Assembly (NCBI GenBank): GCA_965207885.1
Contig: OZ242311.1
Location: 224,001-288,000 of the forward strand
Direction: 5' to 3'
Length of the DNA: 64,000 nucleotides
Origin: Candidatus Latescibacterota bacterium
GTDB taxonomy: Bacteria > Latescibacterota > UBA2968
Below are positions 19,816 through 31,099 of the stretch, piece after piece. The translations under genes were made by a program, and so were the position numbers. Every line of letters starts with the position of its first letter. Position 1 is the first letter of the stretch. The notes below the pieces were generated by a model, which searched no databases, had not been told where the DNA came from, and saw only the letters and a program-made list of their open reading frames with translations.

Positions 19816-21618
19816 ATGAATAGTGAAATAGTCTGTATTCATGAAGGATTTGTATTGGATGACGCGGGAAACCTGATAACGACGATGTACATTGATCTGC
19901 GGGAAGAAGGCAGCAGAACTCCCATCCCGGCACTGGTCAAGGGATGCAAGCGGGAACATGCGCTCGAGGATGGGGAAACCATACTTATCTCTAAGCCAGC
20001 AAGGTTTCGAGAGTACGGCGAGAAATTGATCCGGGACGTACAAGAAGGGTTGGCGAAAGAAGAGTCCGTGACGGTGATAGCGGAGACAGCAGCCCAAGCA
20101 ACGAGACAACGCGCGATCACGGATTTGAATGAAGCCCGCGAGATCTTGAACGCGCGGATGCGCGGGGTACACAAGGAGACCCACAGCAGCAGGAATACTA
20201 AAAACAAGAGCCTCGAATATGCCAAAGAGTGGTGGATCTTTTGTACGTCAATAGTACCGAAAGATAAAGAATGGGAGGCTTGGAAAGCCACGCTGGACGA
20301 GGAATACGATCATGTATCGGAAATCGGGCAACCAGCGAAGTTCGCGCAGGCGTTGGGGCGCATGGTAACGGAACAGATCGGTCCGCAAGGAAAAGACGAG
20401 TGGAAAAAGAGCACGATCAACGGCGTAGAGAATGCGCGGACGAAACACAGGACCCAATTGGTTATGCATGGACCGGTCATCTACACAGACCGGTTATACG
20501 ACGAACTCACACGCGACTGCGATGAATGGACGAGATTGGTTGCTTCTATCTTCACTAAGAGTACGGAATACGCGGCGCAACGAGAATATCGGTTCGTGGT
20601 TCTAAACAAAGGAGCTGATGAGGAAACCATCAGTCTGCGAATTTCGGGTATGATGAGAGACGCATTGAGACGGATGGAAGGGGGCCTGGTGCGTCCTGCA
20701 CCCTCGTCGGCGGAAATAGTCGGAGAAGACCAGAGTAAGCCATCGCCACGGATTAATGAGACCAGAGTGCCGATTTCTAAGCGGACCACGGTGACAGAAC
20801 GGCTCACAGAACGGAAGGAGAGACGCTGGGAGACAAGAACTCCAGACGGGCAGGTGGTGTCTTCAGACATCGAAGAGTGGGAACAAGCCAAGGAAAGGAC
20901 CGTTACGCAGGACCACGAGCCAGCAGATGGGGATTCACAGAAGAAGCTTCGCACGAATCGAGATGATGATGGAATAGAAGAAAAGTCGGCGGCGAAGTTT
21001 GTACAGAATTCTCGAGAACAGGATCCGGAACACCGCGACGAAGAAGCCGTGCAAGAGCTTGCTAAGGAAGAACGTGGATGGAATGGCGGACGCCAAGAAG
21101 ACAACGATAGATCCATTGTAATACTCAGCGGGGCAGGCCGTTCCTACAAGCCGTTTGAAGAAATGCTTAACGATCCGGCCTTTCCCATAGGCCCAGCGGA
21201 GACGACTTGGCAGGAATCAACGTGTAGCTCGGAGGAGATCGTAAGAGCCTATGGATCAGTTGAAATCTTGTCGATGAAAATTACCCAGGTGAGGATGGAA
21301 AATCGGCAGGATGCGACAAGCGCGTGCTGGCATGCAATGCAGTGTATCCGCAACATCTACACACGGCTGGGTGATATCGTGGAGAGCGTGTGGATAGAGC
21401 GAGAAAAATTCGTCGTCATTCGCATCAAGAATTCGGAAGAATTGAAGGCCACAGGACGGATCGTTATCGCGCCAAGCGGGGCATACGCCTACTGTCTTCA
21501 ACTCCCGCACAAGGAAAACTCAGGTTATGGGGGGATGGAGTGGGGGACGAAATTTTTCCCAATGGGCGATGAAGTCAAAAACTTCGAGACGTTCGGATGG
21601 CCTGGCAAGACAAGCTGA
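19816..21618 (+). CDS. Hypothetical protein (~600 aa): DUF2971-like N-terminal region, charged linker, C-terminal domain
   Basis: AGGAG before ATG 19816; motifs WWIFCTS, GPVIY, FTKSTEYAAQREYRFVV. Confidence 0.7.
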   Translation: MNSEIVCIHEGFVLDDAGNLITTMYIDLREEGSRTPIPALVKGCKREHALEDGETILISKPARFREYGEKLIRDVQEGLAKEESVTVIAETAAQATRQRAITDLNEAREILNARMRGVHKETHSSRNTKNKSLEYAKEWWIFCTSIVPKDKEWEAWKATLDEEYDHVSEIGQPAKFAQALGRMVTEQIGPQGKDEWKKSTINGVENARTKHRTQLVMHGPVIYTDRLYDELTRDCDEWTRLVASIFTKSTEYAAQREYRFVVLNKGADEETISLRISGMMRDALRRMEGGLVRPAPSSAEIVGEDQSKPSPRINETRVPISKRTTVTERLTERKERRWETRTPDGQVVSSDIEEWEQAKERTVTQDHEPADGDSQKKLRTNRDDDGIEEKSAAKFVQNSREQDPEHRDEEAVQELAKEERGWNGGRQEDNDRSIVILSGAGRSYKPFEEMLNDPAFPIGPAETTWQESTCSSEEIVRAYGSVEILSMKITQVRMENRQDATSACWHAMQCIRNIYTRLGDIVESVWIEREKFVVIRIKNSEELKATGRIVIAPSGAYAYCLQLPHKENSGYGGMEWGTKFFPMGDEVKNFETFGWPGKTS

Positions 21619-21793
21619 CACAGTGTTTTCCATCGACGACAACCAATGCGCGGTCTGTAGTGGTCTGAGGATTTTGGCCGTCAAGAGGATAGGTATTGTG
21701 GAAGTGACCAGTGATTGAGGTCGAAAGACTGAAAGGAGCCAAAAGACATGACTGAGAATAAAAGAGAGGGCGTTTCCGAGTCTCCCATCGAGT

Positions 21794-22642
21794 TTGAAAA
21801 AACAAGAAGAAGCAGTGTTGCTGGGCGTTACAAGGATAAGAGAGAGAATCCATGAGGCAATGTGTGATCTCAAACTCGCGATAGACGGAATCGGGATACA
21901 GTTATCGCAGTCAGAGAATCCAGATCAGTTTCAGCAGACAAGTGCTGCTTTTGCTCGTGCTTGTTCCATTTTTCTCAGAAAAATGGTCCTTGGAGATAGG
22001 GATGATCCAAAAACGCGATTACTCGATGATGAGATTGCTCAATCTTTAAATCTGAGGTTTGAGAGGCTCAGAAGAATTTCTCCAAACAGAATTCCTCTGG
22101 AAATTATATGGAAATTGGATGGCGGTGATGCTCAATTTACGAAGTTGGATGACAATACTTTGCAGCCGGAGGCGGTTTACAGTACGCGTATCGCACCGTC
22201 TGAACTCAAGATTTCCATTGAATGGCCGTTGCCCGGAGTCGCTGATTGGACTGAAAATCCGACCTGGGATAAGTTATGGCAAGTAAAAGCAGAAGAATTA
22301 TTTGACACACATTCAAATGATACATTGAGTTGCAATGAGTGGTTAGGACAGCAGTTGGTTATGTTCGACAACAGGGGTATATCCTTGAAAGATGTCATTA
22401 GAACGGTTGTAACGTATGAAGGTGCTCATTCTACCAATGTGTCGCGTCTCTTGCTGACAGAAAATGAGCAGGATCGCACGCCAGCAAATAATCCGGAGCT
22501 GCATATTTTGAACAATATTAAAATCTGTGGAATAAAATATTGTCATATAATCGTCATAGAAACAGCTCTTTATTTGTATAAAAAATTACATAGTACACGA
22601 CAAAACCTAAATCGGGTTAAAATCTGGCGGATTAATCAGTAA
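21794..22642 (+). CDS. Hypothetical protein with possible HEPN-like motif; C-terminus replaced by IS sequence from 22592
   Basis: SIFLRKMV and LKDVIRTVVTYEGAHS; the ORF runs into the IS terminal repeat. Start uncertain (ATG at 21860 is possible). Confidence 0.6.
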   Translation: MKKQEEAVLLGVTRIRERIHEAMCDLKLAIDGIGIQLSQSENPDQFQQTSAAFARACSIFLRKMVLGDRDDPKTRLLDDEIAQSLNLRFERLRRISPNRIPLEIIWKLDGGDAQFTKLDDNTLQPEAVYSTRIAPSELKISIEWPLPGVADWTENPTWDKLWQVKAEELFDTHSNDTLSCNEWLGQQLVMFDNRGISLKDVIRTVVTYEGAHSTNVSRLLLTENEQDRTPANNPELHILNNIKICGIKYCHIIVIETALYLYKKLHSTRQNLNRVKIWRINQ

Positions 22643-23782
22643 ACGAATGCATTTGAGGAACTGCTGGGCTTGTTGGTGTATATTGAGCAGGACATACTGC
22701 AAATAGTCCAACCCATATCGGAAGAGACTTTTTTCCATCCGTCCGTGGTTTTTGACCTTCAAAGGTTTTGTAAGGGCGATCCATTCGCCGATGATATGGG
22801 CCCAGGTGCAGGCAATAGCCAAAAGCGCGATGAGTTTTTCAATGCGATCTTGATGTATAAGGTGGGTCTCTTCCAGATTAAATCCTCGACTTTTCAAATT
22901 TGCAAAAAGGACTTCAATGCCCCAACGTTTTTTATACACCTCCAATGCGACTTGACGTTGTTGGTTGCTTGCAAGAATGAGGTATTGATCCTTCAATCTT
23001 AGCGCAGACATATACACAGGTAGGTCATAAACGCGGCGAGGTCTTTGTAGGCTGACCTGCTGATGGATGTGCAAATTTTCAAAGAGTTTTTTTATGGGTA
23101 TCTCTCTATCTGCCCTTGAGACAAGGGCATTTTCCTTGATGCGGATGACAAAAGGGATGTTTTGTGTGTCTAACCACGCAAACCATTCTCTTCCAATGAA
23201 TTCTCTATCTGCCAATACAACGCGGATATGAGACTTGGGAATGCGCGTAAGCACCTGTTTCATCAAATTGATACGCTCATCACTATTGGAATTGCCTCGT
23301 TTTTTTAACAAGTGCCAACACATAGGAAAGGCGACCCCTTCATAGATAATGCCTGCGGTTAGGATGTTGATATTGAATTTGCCTAACTTCCAATTAGTGC
23401 GATCTATTGAGACTGCAAAATCGGTCTTTATAGGTAATAAGTGCAAGATCAGTCGCGTCACGGCTTCATAAGGAATGTCAAACTCAGCGAAAAAACGCTG
23501 TATCCTGCGGTAATTTGATTGCGGTTTGACCTGTCCATTTAGCGCATTAGCCAATTTGGCGAAGTTGACCCTGCTCAGCTTGACCAAAGACAAGATGAAG
23601 GCCGCTGTGAAAGTGATGCGTGCTTTATGCCACCCAAAATGGCCTTGCAATACATGGTGAAGTTGTATAACTTGACGAGACATAGACCTGTGCCTTGTTG
23701 AGATGAGAAGGTTCGTTTTCACACATTCAAACCTAACTCTTTTTCACGTTTTGCACAGGTCTTTTATTTTTTGTCGTGTACT
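22592..23782 (-). mobile_element. IS4-family insertion sequence without target duplication
   Basis: TIRs AGTACACGACAAAA / TTTTGTCGTGTACT; the flanks are not duplicated. Confidence 0.88.
22607..23722 (-). CDS. IS4-family DDE transposase
   Basis: SIDRTNWK, LADREFIG, YKKRWGIEVLFANLKSRGF (YREK motif). Confidence 0.92.
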   Translation of the reverse strand: MKTNLLISTRHRSMSRQVIQLHHVLQGHFGWHKARITFTAAFILSLVKLSRVNFAKLANALNGQVKPQSNYRRIQRFFAEFDIPYEAVTRLILHLLPIKTDFAVSIDRTNWKLGKFNINILTAGIIYEGVAFPMCWHLLKKRGNSNSDERINLMKQVLTRIPKSHIRVVLADREFIGREWFAWLDTQNIPFVIRIKENALVSRADREIPIKKLFENLHIHQQVSLQRPRRVYDLPVYMSALRLKDQYLILASNQQRQVALEVYKKRWGIEVLFANLKSRGFNLEETHLIHQDRIEKLIALLAIACTWAHIIGEWIALTKPLKVKNHGRMEKSLFRYGLDYLQYVLLNIHQQAQQFLKCIRLLINPPDFNPI

Positions 23783-25948
23783 TTAATAAAACATATAAAA
23801 GGACGAAACGAGCGCGTTCACGGTGTAACACCCGGCCCTCTCGGACCCGCAATAGCAGAAGCATTCCCAGACATGCAAACGGTTCGTTTCACATCTCGCA
23901 CAGGGAAAATTGGAACAGAAAATCGCGTTTTTCAAGCAAAATTGGGTTTTGTTGATCCCAACTTCCTCGACATTTTTTCTTTTCCAATCCTTCGGGGCGA
24001 TCTATCCCATACCCTTCAAGACAAATACTCCGCACTCATAACAGAAAAAACCGCGCAGAAATATTTCAACAAAGCCAACCCCATCGGAGCAGTACTTCCC
24101 ATTGAATACAAAAATGAAATCCAGGATTACACCATCGCGGGCATTGTGAAAAACGCACCTAAAAACTCCACAATTCAATTTGACGTACTACTACCCTTTG
24201 AACAAAGCAAGGTCGAAGACAGATGGAATTCCTACAGCATATTTACTTTCATGATGCTCCCTCCAAATATATCCCCAAATATCCTTGAACAACAATTTCC
24301 CAAATGGACCAAAAACTGGTGGGATGAAAAGCGCGAAAACTTGATCAAACTTCAACCACTCACCGAAATGCACTTCGATCAAACCATGCACGTAAGCCGT
24401 CGTAGTAATCCAGTTTATTCATACATATTATCGGGCATTGCACTCCTCGTCCTGTTTATCGCATGTGTCAACTTCATCACCTTAACCCTCGGACGGCAGG
24501 CAACGCGGGCGCGAGAAGTCGGCTTGCGAAAAGTCGTCGGCGCAAAACGCTCACAAATTGCAAACCAGTTTATCGGCGAATCCCTCTTACTCATCACCAT
24601 CGCGCTCATCGCTGGCATTGCCATCGCAGAACTCGCCTTGCCAACATTCAACGACCTGGCCGGGAAATCCCTATCCTTGACCGACGGTCTCAACCCCACA
24701 ACACTTGCCTTTCTCATTCTGCTGGTCAGCCTCGTCGGCATCACAGCAGGAGGCTATCCCGCCCTTATCCTATCCCGATTGCAGCCGACCCAGATCATAA
24801 CGAGCAGATTGCAAATTAGAACGGGCAATCGTTTTGGCAACGTACTGATCGTCTTTCAGTTTGCCCTATCCATATTCTTCATCATCACCACCCTGATGGT
24901 AGGCAAACAACTCACCTTTTTGAGAACCCAACCCCTGGGATATCAAACCGAACACGTTATCGCCATTTGGACCAGCGATCTAAAAAAAGAAAACAAAACC
25001 ACAGAAACTGTTTTTCGAGATGCCCTGCTGTCTCATCCCTCAGTGATCAGCACGACATGGCTCAACCACCGTCTAAACAACGACATGAGTATGTCAACCT
25101 ACGTAACATATCGTGGAAGCCCGGAGCAACCCGTTGAAGGTATTGGTATCGACTACGATCTGTTCAAAACACTCGACATAAAACTCGCTGCAGGTCGAGA
25201 ATACAACAGAGACTTTCCAACAGATCAAAAGGAAGCGGTCATTGTCAACGAAGCACTCGTCCAAAAATTCGGGATAGAAGACCCAGTTGGCAAAACAATC
25301 ACATACGGCGGCTTATCAAAAGAAAGAACCATCATCGGCGTTGTTCAAAATTTCCATTTTCGCTCCCTGCATCACAAAATCAGACCCGCTGTCCTGCCAC
25401 TCAGCACATACACCGGACGCTTGTTGGTCCGCATTCACCCCGAAAACGTGCCCGGCACCATCGCATTTATAAAAGAACAGTGGGAAGAAATCGCACCCAA
25501 CCAGACATTCAACCTTTCATTCATTGATGAAAACTTGGACAAACAATACAGAAAAGAAGAACGCTGGAATCTCATGATCCAATACGCCACGGGATTCGCC
25601 ATCTTCATCGCTGCACTCGGCGCTTTCGGACTGGCTGCACTCGCCACAACAAGACGCACCAAAGAAATCGGCATTCGCAAAGTCTTAGGCGCATCCCAAG
25701 CTCAAATCCTATCCCTGCTCTCACGAGAATTTATCCTCTACATCGCCCTATCAAGCCTCATCGCATTTCCAATCGCCTATTACGCGACCAATCAATGGTT
25801 ACAAACCTTCGCCTACCGCACCGAATTGGGTATTGTCACCTTCTTACTCGGCAGCCTTGCCATGTTCCTCGTCGTACTCACAACCGTCACCACTCAAGTC
25901 CTCAAAGCCGCACGCGCAAACCCGGCGGATGCATTGAGAGATGAATAG
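23783..25948 (+). pseudogene. MacB/FtsX-like ABC permease, N-terminally truncated by the IS4 element
   Basis: ACVNFITL..RAREVGLRKVVGA, RTKEIGIRKVLGA, NPADALRDE. Lacks the MIKNYL start and first TM seen in its two paralogues. Confidence 0.85.
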
Positions 25949-25970
25949 TGAATAATGAGAGGAAATTCTC

Positions 25971-28400
25971 ATGATCAAAAATTATCTGACCGTTGCGATC
26001 CGCAATTTGATGCGGCACAAATTGTACACCTCCATCAATGTATTGGGACTTGCCATTGGGTTGGCGTGTGGCATTCTGATCCTGTTGTATATCCAACAGG
26101 AATTTGCAGCAGATCGTTTTCACACCCTGGGCGACCGCATTTACAAAGTGATTCGAGAACAACGCGGCAGCACGCGAACAACTTATGGCATCGGTACATC
26201 AGGTACACTCGGTCCTGTGCTGAAAGAAACATTTCCCGAAGTAGAAACAACCGTGCGTATCTGGTGGGGGGGCGTATCTGCACAATACGGCGAGCGCAAG
26301 GGTCGATACTCCTTTGCACTGACAGATGACAACTTTTTGGACGTATTTGATTTTCCCCTCATAAAAGGCGACTTAGAAACCGCGTTTCGGCTGCCCTACT
26401 CTGTGGTCATTACCGACGACATGGCGCAACACTTGTTTGGCGATACAGACCCAATGGGCAAAACATTTTCAATCGACGACAACAGTTTCCCTGGCGAGTA
26501 CACAGTTACCGGCATTGTAAAGGAGCCTCATCTCTCGCCAGAACTTTATTTTCAAATACTCTCAACTACAATACCCCCCGTAGAAGAGACGCAACGGGCG
26601 TGGATGATGTGGCGGCCTTTGCTATCGTGGCGTCCAGTAAACACATACGTACTATTAAAAGCAGGACAAAACGCAGAAACCCTCCAGGCGAAAATGCAGT
26701 CGTTGATCAAACAGTATATGGGGGATGAAGTTGCAGCAAAAAACGCCTACCATCTACAGCCTCTGCACCGCGTGTACCTGTATGGCAAATCCGATTTTGA
26801 CCCGGCTGCCGACAGCCCCATACAACAAATTTACATGTTGGCGGCTATTGGAATGATCGTAGTGGTCATTGCGTGCGTGAACTTTACAAATCTGGCAACT
26901 GCACGCGCTGTCACCCGCAATCGCGAAGTCGGCGTGCGAAAAGTGGTTGGCGCGCATCGCCCACAATTAATGGTCCAGTTTTTGAGCGAATCTCTACTCT
27001 TAACCTCCGCCGCCCTGCTGATTGCCCTTGTACTGGTTGAGTTATTCCTACCCTTATTCAATCAATTTGTGTACAGCGATTTGCACCTCAATGCAGCTAC
27101 AATAATGACCTGTACGCCAGCGGTACTGGCATTCACATTGTTGGTCGGATTACTGGCGGGATGGTATCCAGCATTTTTCCTCTCCTCTTTTCGCCCGGTC
27201 ACAGCGTTAAAAAGTAGCGCGTCTTCCTCCTCGGGTTCTGCATGGTTGAAGAAAGGACTCGTGATTTTTCAATTCGGCATGTCCATTTTGCTGGTAATCT
27301 GCACCCTCGTGGTTTATCAGCAACTGCTGTTTATAGACACCAAAGACATGGGCTTTGCACGTGACCACATTGTGAGTTTACCCATCTTTGCTCACGACCG
27401 TGAGCATGAACTCGACCCACAAAAACGCCTTTCGGCACGCCACCAGATGGTCAAACAGGCATTTCTCGAACACCCCAATATCCTCAGCGCGTCGGCACTG
27501 CGATACGACATCTCGGGATACGGCGGACGACCGCGACTAATCTGGCCCGATAGAGACCGCACAAAAGAACGGACAATTCGCATGAACGAAGTCGATGATT
27601 CGTTCTTTGAAACATTTGACATTCCCGTGCTTCGCGGTCGCGCCTTTTCAGCCAATGTTGCCAGCGATACCTCTCAGGCAATCATTTTGAACGAAACAGC
27701 CGTGCGCCTGCTCGGCTGGGAAGATGACCCGATTGGCAAACAGATCGAGTGGCAGGCATTGATAAATCCAACTCTGACCGTAATTGGCGTTGTGAAAGAC
27801 TACCACAGTTTGACGCTGCGGGAAGAAATCGCACCCATGGGATTCGTGGCTCGCTGGAAGCTATTTTCCTCGCTGGCCCTGCGCATCCGCCCGGAAAACA
27901 CCGCGCAAACCCTGTCCTTTCTCGAAACGCAGTGGAAACGCTTTGTGCCAGATGCGCCTTTTGAATATCACTTTTTGGATGAAATCATACGGTGGTACTA
28001 TTTTGACGAGCAACTCACCGGCAAAATGCTCGGGGTATTTTCACTGCTGGCAATTTTCGTAGCCTGTTTGGGGCTATTCGGACTGGCGGCATTTATGGTT
28101 CAATCTCGCACCAAAGAAATCGGCGTGCGAAAGGTACTGGGCGCATCCACACCGCATCTGGTCATGCTGCTCGCGCGTGAATTTCTATTTCTCGTTCTTC
28201 TCGCCAACGGTATCGCCTGGCCAATCGCCTACCATCTGATGCGCGACTGGCTCTCCGGATTTGCCTATCAGACAGATCTGAATATCTTGCCTTTTATCGC
28301 AAGCGCGATAATGGCATTGATCATCGCCTTTGGAACCGTGAGCATGCAAGCCATTCGCGCAGCGCGTTCCAATCCCATTGATGCGTTGCGATATGAGTGA
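25971..28400 (+). CDS. MacB/FtsX-like ABC transporter permease (duplicated-domain type)
   Basis: MIKNYLTVAIRNL, ACVNFTNL, REVGVRKVVGA, NPIDALRYE. Confidence 0.92.
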   Translation: MIKNYLTVAIRNLMRHKLYTSINVLGLAIGLACGILILLYIQQEFAADRFHTLGDRIYKVIREQRGSTRTTYGIGTSGTLGPVLKETFPEVETTVRIWWGGVSAQYGERKGRYSFALTDDNFLDVFDFPLIKGDLETAFRLPYSVVITDDMAQHLFGDTDPMGKTFSIDDNSFPGEYTVTGIVKEPHLSPELYFQILSTTIPPVEETQRAWMMWRPLLSWRPVNTYVLLKAGQNAETLQAKMQSLIKQYMGDEVAAKNAYHLQPLHRVYLYGKSDFDPAADSPIQQIYMLAAIGMIVVVIACVNFTNLATARAVTRNREVGVRKVVGAHRPQLMVQFLSESLLLTSAALLIALVLVELFLPLFNQFVYSDLHLNAATIMTCTPAVLAFTLLVGLLAGWYPAFFLSSFRPVTALKSSASSSSGSAWLKKGLVIFQFGMSILLVICTLVVYQQLLFIDTKDMGFARDHIVSLPIFAHDREHELDPQKRLSARHQMVKQAFLEHPNILSASALRYDISGYGGRPRLIWPDRDRTKERTIRMNEVDDSFFETFDIPVLRGRAFSANVASDTSQAIILNETAVRLLGWEDDPIGKQIEWQALINPTLTVIGVVKDYHSLTLREEIAPMGFVARWKLFSSLALRIRPENTAQTLSFLETQWKRFVPDAPFEYHFLDEIIRWYYFDEQLTGKMLGVFSLLAIFVACLGLFGLAAFMVQSRTKEIGVRKVLGASTPHLVMLLAREFLFLVLLANGIAWPIAYHLMRDWLSGFAYQTDLNILPFIASAIMALIIAFGTVSMQAIRAARSNPIDALRYE

Positions 28401-29727
28401 CCCATTTCTATGAATACCCCCAATACCCACCCTTCCGCCCAGCCCAAGCCCATTCCAGTATTCAGGGCAGATCGCCTCGGATCCTTCAAACAATTTCTGA
28501 ATCTGATCTGGTTATTGCGCCTCGTCCTGAAAGTGGCACCAGCTCCGGCTCTCTTATGGGCGTTTACGTCCCTCATTCGCAGCCTCGTACTGCCCATCAA
28601 CCTGTGGATTACCAAGTATCTGATCGATGCTGTGGTCGATGTGGTTCGATCCAGCGGATCTCTGAACCCGGTATTTACCTATCTAACCTTCCTCCTCGCG
28701 GGACTTTTTATTCAGCGATTGGTAGGATGGATAGATCCCTGGTTGAGCGGTAAATTCCAACAAGCCGCAGGCAGAGAACTGACCCGCCTCGTCATCGTCA
28801 AAGCCCCTCGCCTCTCATTAGAACAATTCGAGCACACGGGCTATTACGACGAACTCACGCGCGCCATGTCACAAACCGAACAAAAAGGACCTGATATTTT
28901 AGACCAGGTCATGAGCGTCGTCCGCAACCTCTCCAGCCTGATCGGATATGGTGCTGTTCTCTGGGTCATCCACCCATTTATCCTGATGGGCGTAGTGGGA
29001 CTTACAGGGGTGTCTATCTGGATAGCCATGAAAGGTGGCCAAGATGTCTGGTCTGTCTTGAGCCGCCAAACATTTAAGCGGCGTTTGGCAGATTATTACG
29101 GCGCCATAATAGTTGACCGCAATACAGCCAAAGAAGCGCGTCTCTATGATTTGAAACAGTATTTGATCGACAGGTGGACAAAGCTCTATTGGGACTCCAG
29201 AAATGAGTTGCGCCGTGAGGCCATCCGGGTAGATCTCAAACAATTTGGCACGTATGGCATCGCCGTTCTGGCAAGTATCGGTGCCTTATACTATATTGCC
29301 GTCAGTCCGTCTGTAGATGCATCTCCCGGTCTCTATACGATCTTTTTTGAAGCGGTTTCGGGAATACTCGATCCCATGTATTTGATCGTTTTGGCACTTC
29401 GCCAACTGGGAGAATCATCGGGTTATGCGTCAGACCTTCGCCATTTTCTCGACCTGCCCGAATACAGTGCCCCATCTGCTGACCCTACAAAAAATACCAG
29501 ACCATTTCCAAAACCCTTGCGCCAGGGCATCGTCGTAAAAAATGTGACCTATACCTACCCCGGAAGCGAAACCCCTGCGCTCCACAATCTGAACCTCGAA
29601 ATCAAAGCTGGCGAAAAAGTCGCCATTGTCGGCGAAAATGGATCGGGCAAGACAACACTGGTGAAATTACTCATCGGATTATACACTCCCGACGCAGGCG
29701 AAATTTACATGGTAGATGGAGATATGG

Positions 29728-31099
29728 GTGACTACTCCCAACGGTAGAGCAGTTGGGCTTCTTGGCGGTCAATCCGCCTGACGTTGTAGCCCCAACGTCA
29801 ATATGTTTATCGCAGCATTGTGGTCTCTGTCCGTCTTATAGCCACACGCCTTGCAATGATGCACACGATCAGAAAGTGTTTTCTTCTCTCTATGTCCGCA
29901 TGCAGAGCAATCTTGTGACGTATAGTCAGGATCAACGGCCTTGAATCCAATACCAGCTTCTTCCGCTTTGTATTTGAGACAGTGCCGAAACAGGGACCAT
30001 GCTACGTCTGCTATTGATTTAGCCAATCGTCTGTTCTTTTGCATCTCTTGAACGTCCAATTTCTCGACGGCTATGAAACTGTGACGATTGACCATTTTTC
30101 TTGATTCTTGATGAGCAAAGTTATGTCGTTTATTACGGATACGCTCATGCACTCTACCAATGACTTTACGACGCTTTTCTCTTGTGGCGTCTGTCTTAGG
30201 TCTTTTTTTCACCGTATCCCATTTACGCTGTGCTTTGGCAAGAGACTTTTCCTCTTTGCGAAAGAACCTCTGATTCTCTATTTTCTGTCCGTCACTTGTG
30301 ACCGCAAAGGAATTAAGACCCACGTCAATGCCAACAGCAGAGTTAGTGTTTGGTTTCTTATCTTTTTCGCCAATATCGCAAGAGATAGACACAAACCATT
30401 TGCCTGTTGCTGTGCGTGTGATTGTGCAAGACTTAGGGATACCCTCAAGTGGCCTGTGCTGAACAATGCGAATGCAACCAATACTGCCCAATCGCAAGCC
30501 CTTATCGTCCAATCGACATCCATTGGCAAACTGAGGATAGGTGATAGAATCATAGCGATTCTCATTCTTGTATCTGGGAAAGCCAGCTTTCTCGCCAGTC
30601 TTTGACTTCCCTTTGAGACGCCGAAAGAATCCTTTGAATGCCAAATCCACTCTCTGTGATACTTGTTGCAACACCTGACTATACACTTGCTTGAAAGCGG
30701 CGTGTTGTTGTTTTAACAATGGTATTGTTTTGGTCTGGTCATATTGAGAGAGAGACTTATTCTCATTTTTCCATGCTTGTATTCTGGCACAGAGTAGTTG
30801 ATTATAGAGAATACGGCATTCGTCAATATGCGCCAGCAAGATTTGTTCTTGCTTTTTGGTCGGACGCAATCTGTATTTTAATGACTTAACCATAATAAAA
30901 ATATATATTTATGTGTCGTTTATGTCAAGTTGAAAATAGAATAAATCTTGTTGATGAAGTGCTGGCGCACTTGTACACCGCTCCACAGCCGCCGATAGTC
31001 CCTTGAGGACTATCCCATAGGCTAAAGCCGCCCCATAAATTCTAAGCCCTTCGCCATGCGACCCAAGCCTGAAGGACTTGGGTTTTACGGGCTTTTCAG
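29728..31099 (-). mobile_element. tnpA-less IS200/IS605 (IS1341-like) element
   Basis: Left end follows TTTAT on the minus strand, with hairpin ACCCAAGTCCTTCAGGCTTGGGT. Right end ...GGGAGTAGTCAC. No target duplication. Confidence 0.92.
29769..30893 (-). CDS. tnpB: RNA-guided endonuclease TnpB
   Basis: KYRLRPT, GIDVG, IAVEKL, TSQDCSACG..CKACG, DRDHNAAINI; D-E-D triad intact. Confidence 0.95.
   Translation of the reverse strand: MVKSLKYRLRPTKKQEQILLAHIDECRILYNQLLCARIQAWKNENKSLSQYDQTKTIPLLKQQHAAFKQVYSQVLQQVSQRVDLAFKGFFRRLKGKSKTGEKAGFPRYKNENRYDSITYPQFANGCRLDDKGLRLGSIGCIRIVQHRPLEGIPKSCTITRTATGKWFVSISCDIGEKDKKPNTNSAVGIDVGLNSFAVTSDGQKIENQRFFRKEEKSLAKAQRKWDTVKKRPKTDATREKRRKVIGRVHERIRNKRHNFAHQESRKMVNRHSFIAVEKLDVQEMQKNRRLAKSIADVAWSLFRHCLKYKAEEAGIGFKAVDPDYTSQDCSACGHREKKTLSDRVHHCKACGYKTDRDHNAAINILTLGLQRQAD

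Noticed and set aside
29728-31099. IStron (group I intron) that would splice out of the ABC gene
   Set aside because: The element is antisense to the host gene, and I could not find a complete group I core.
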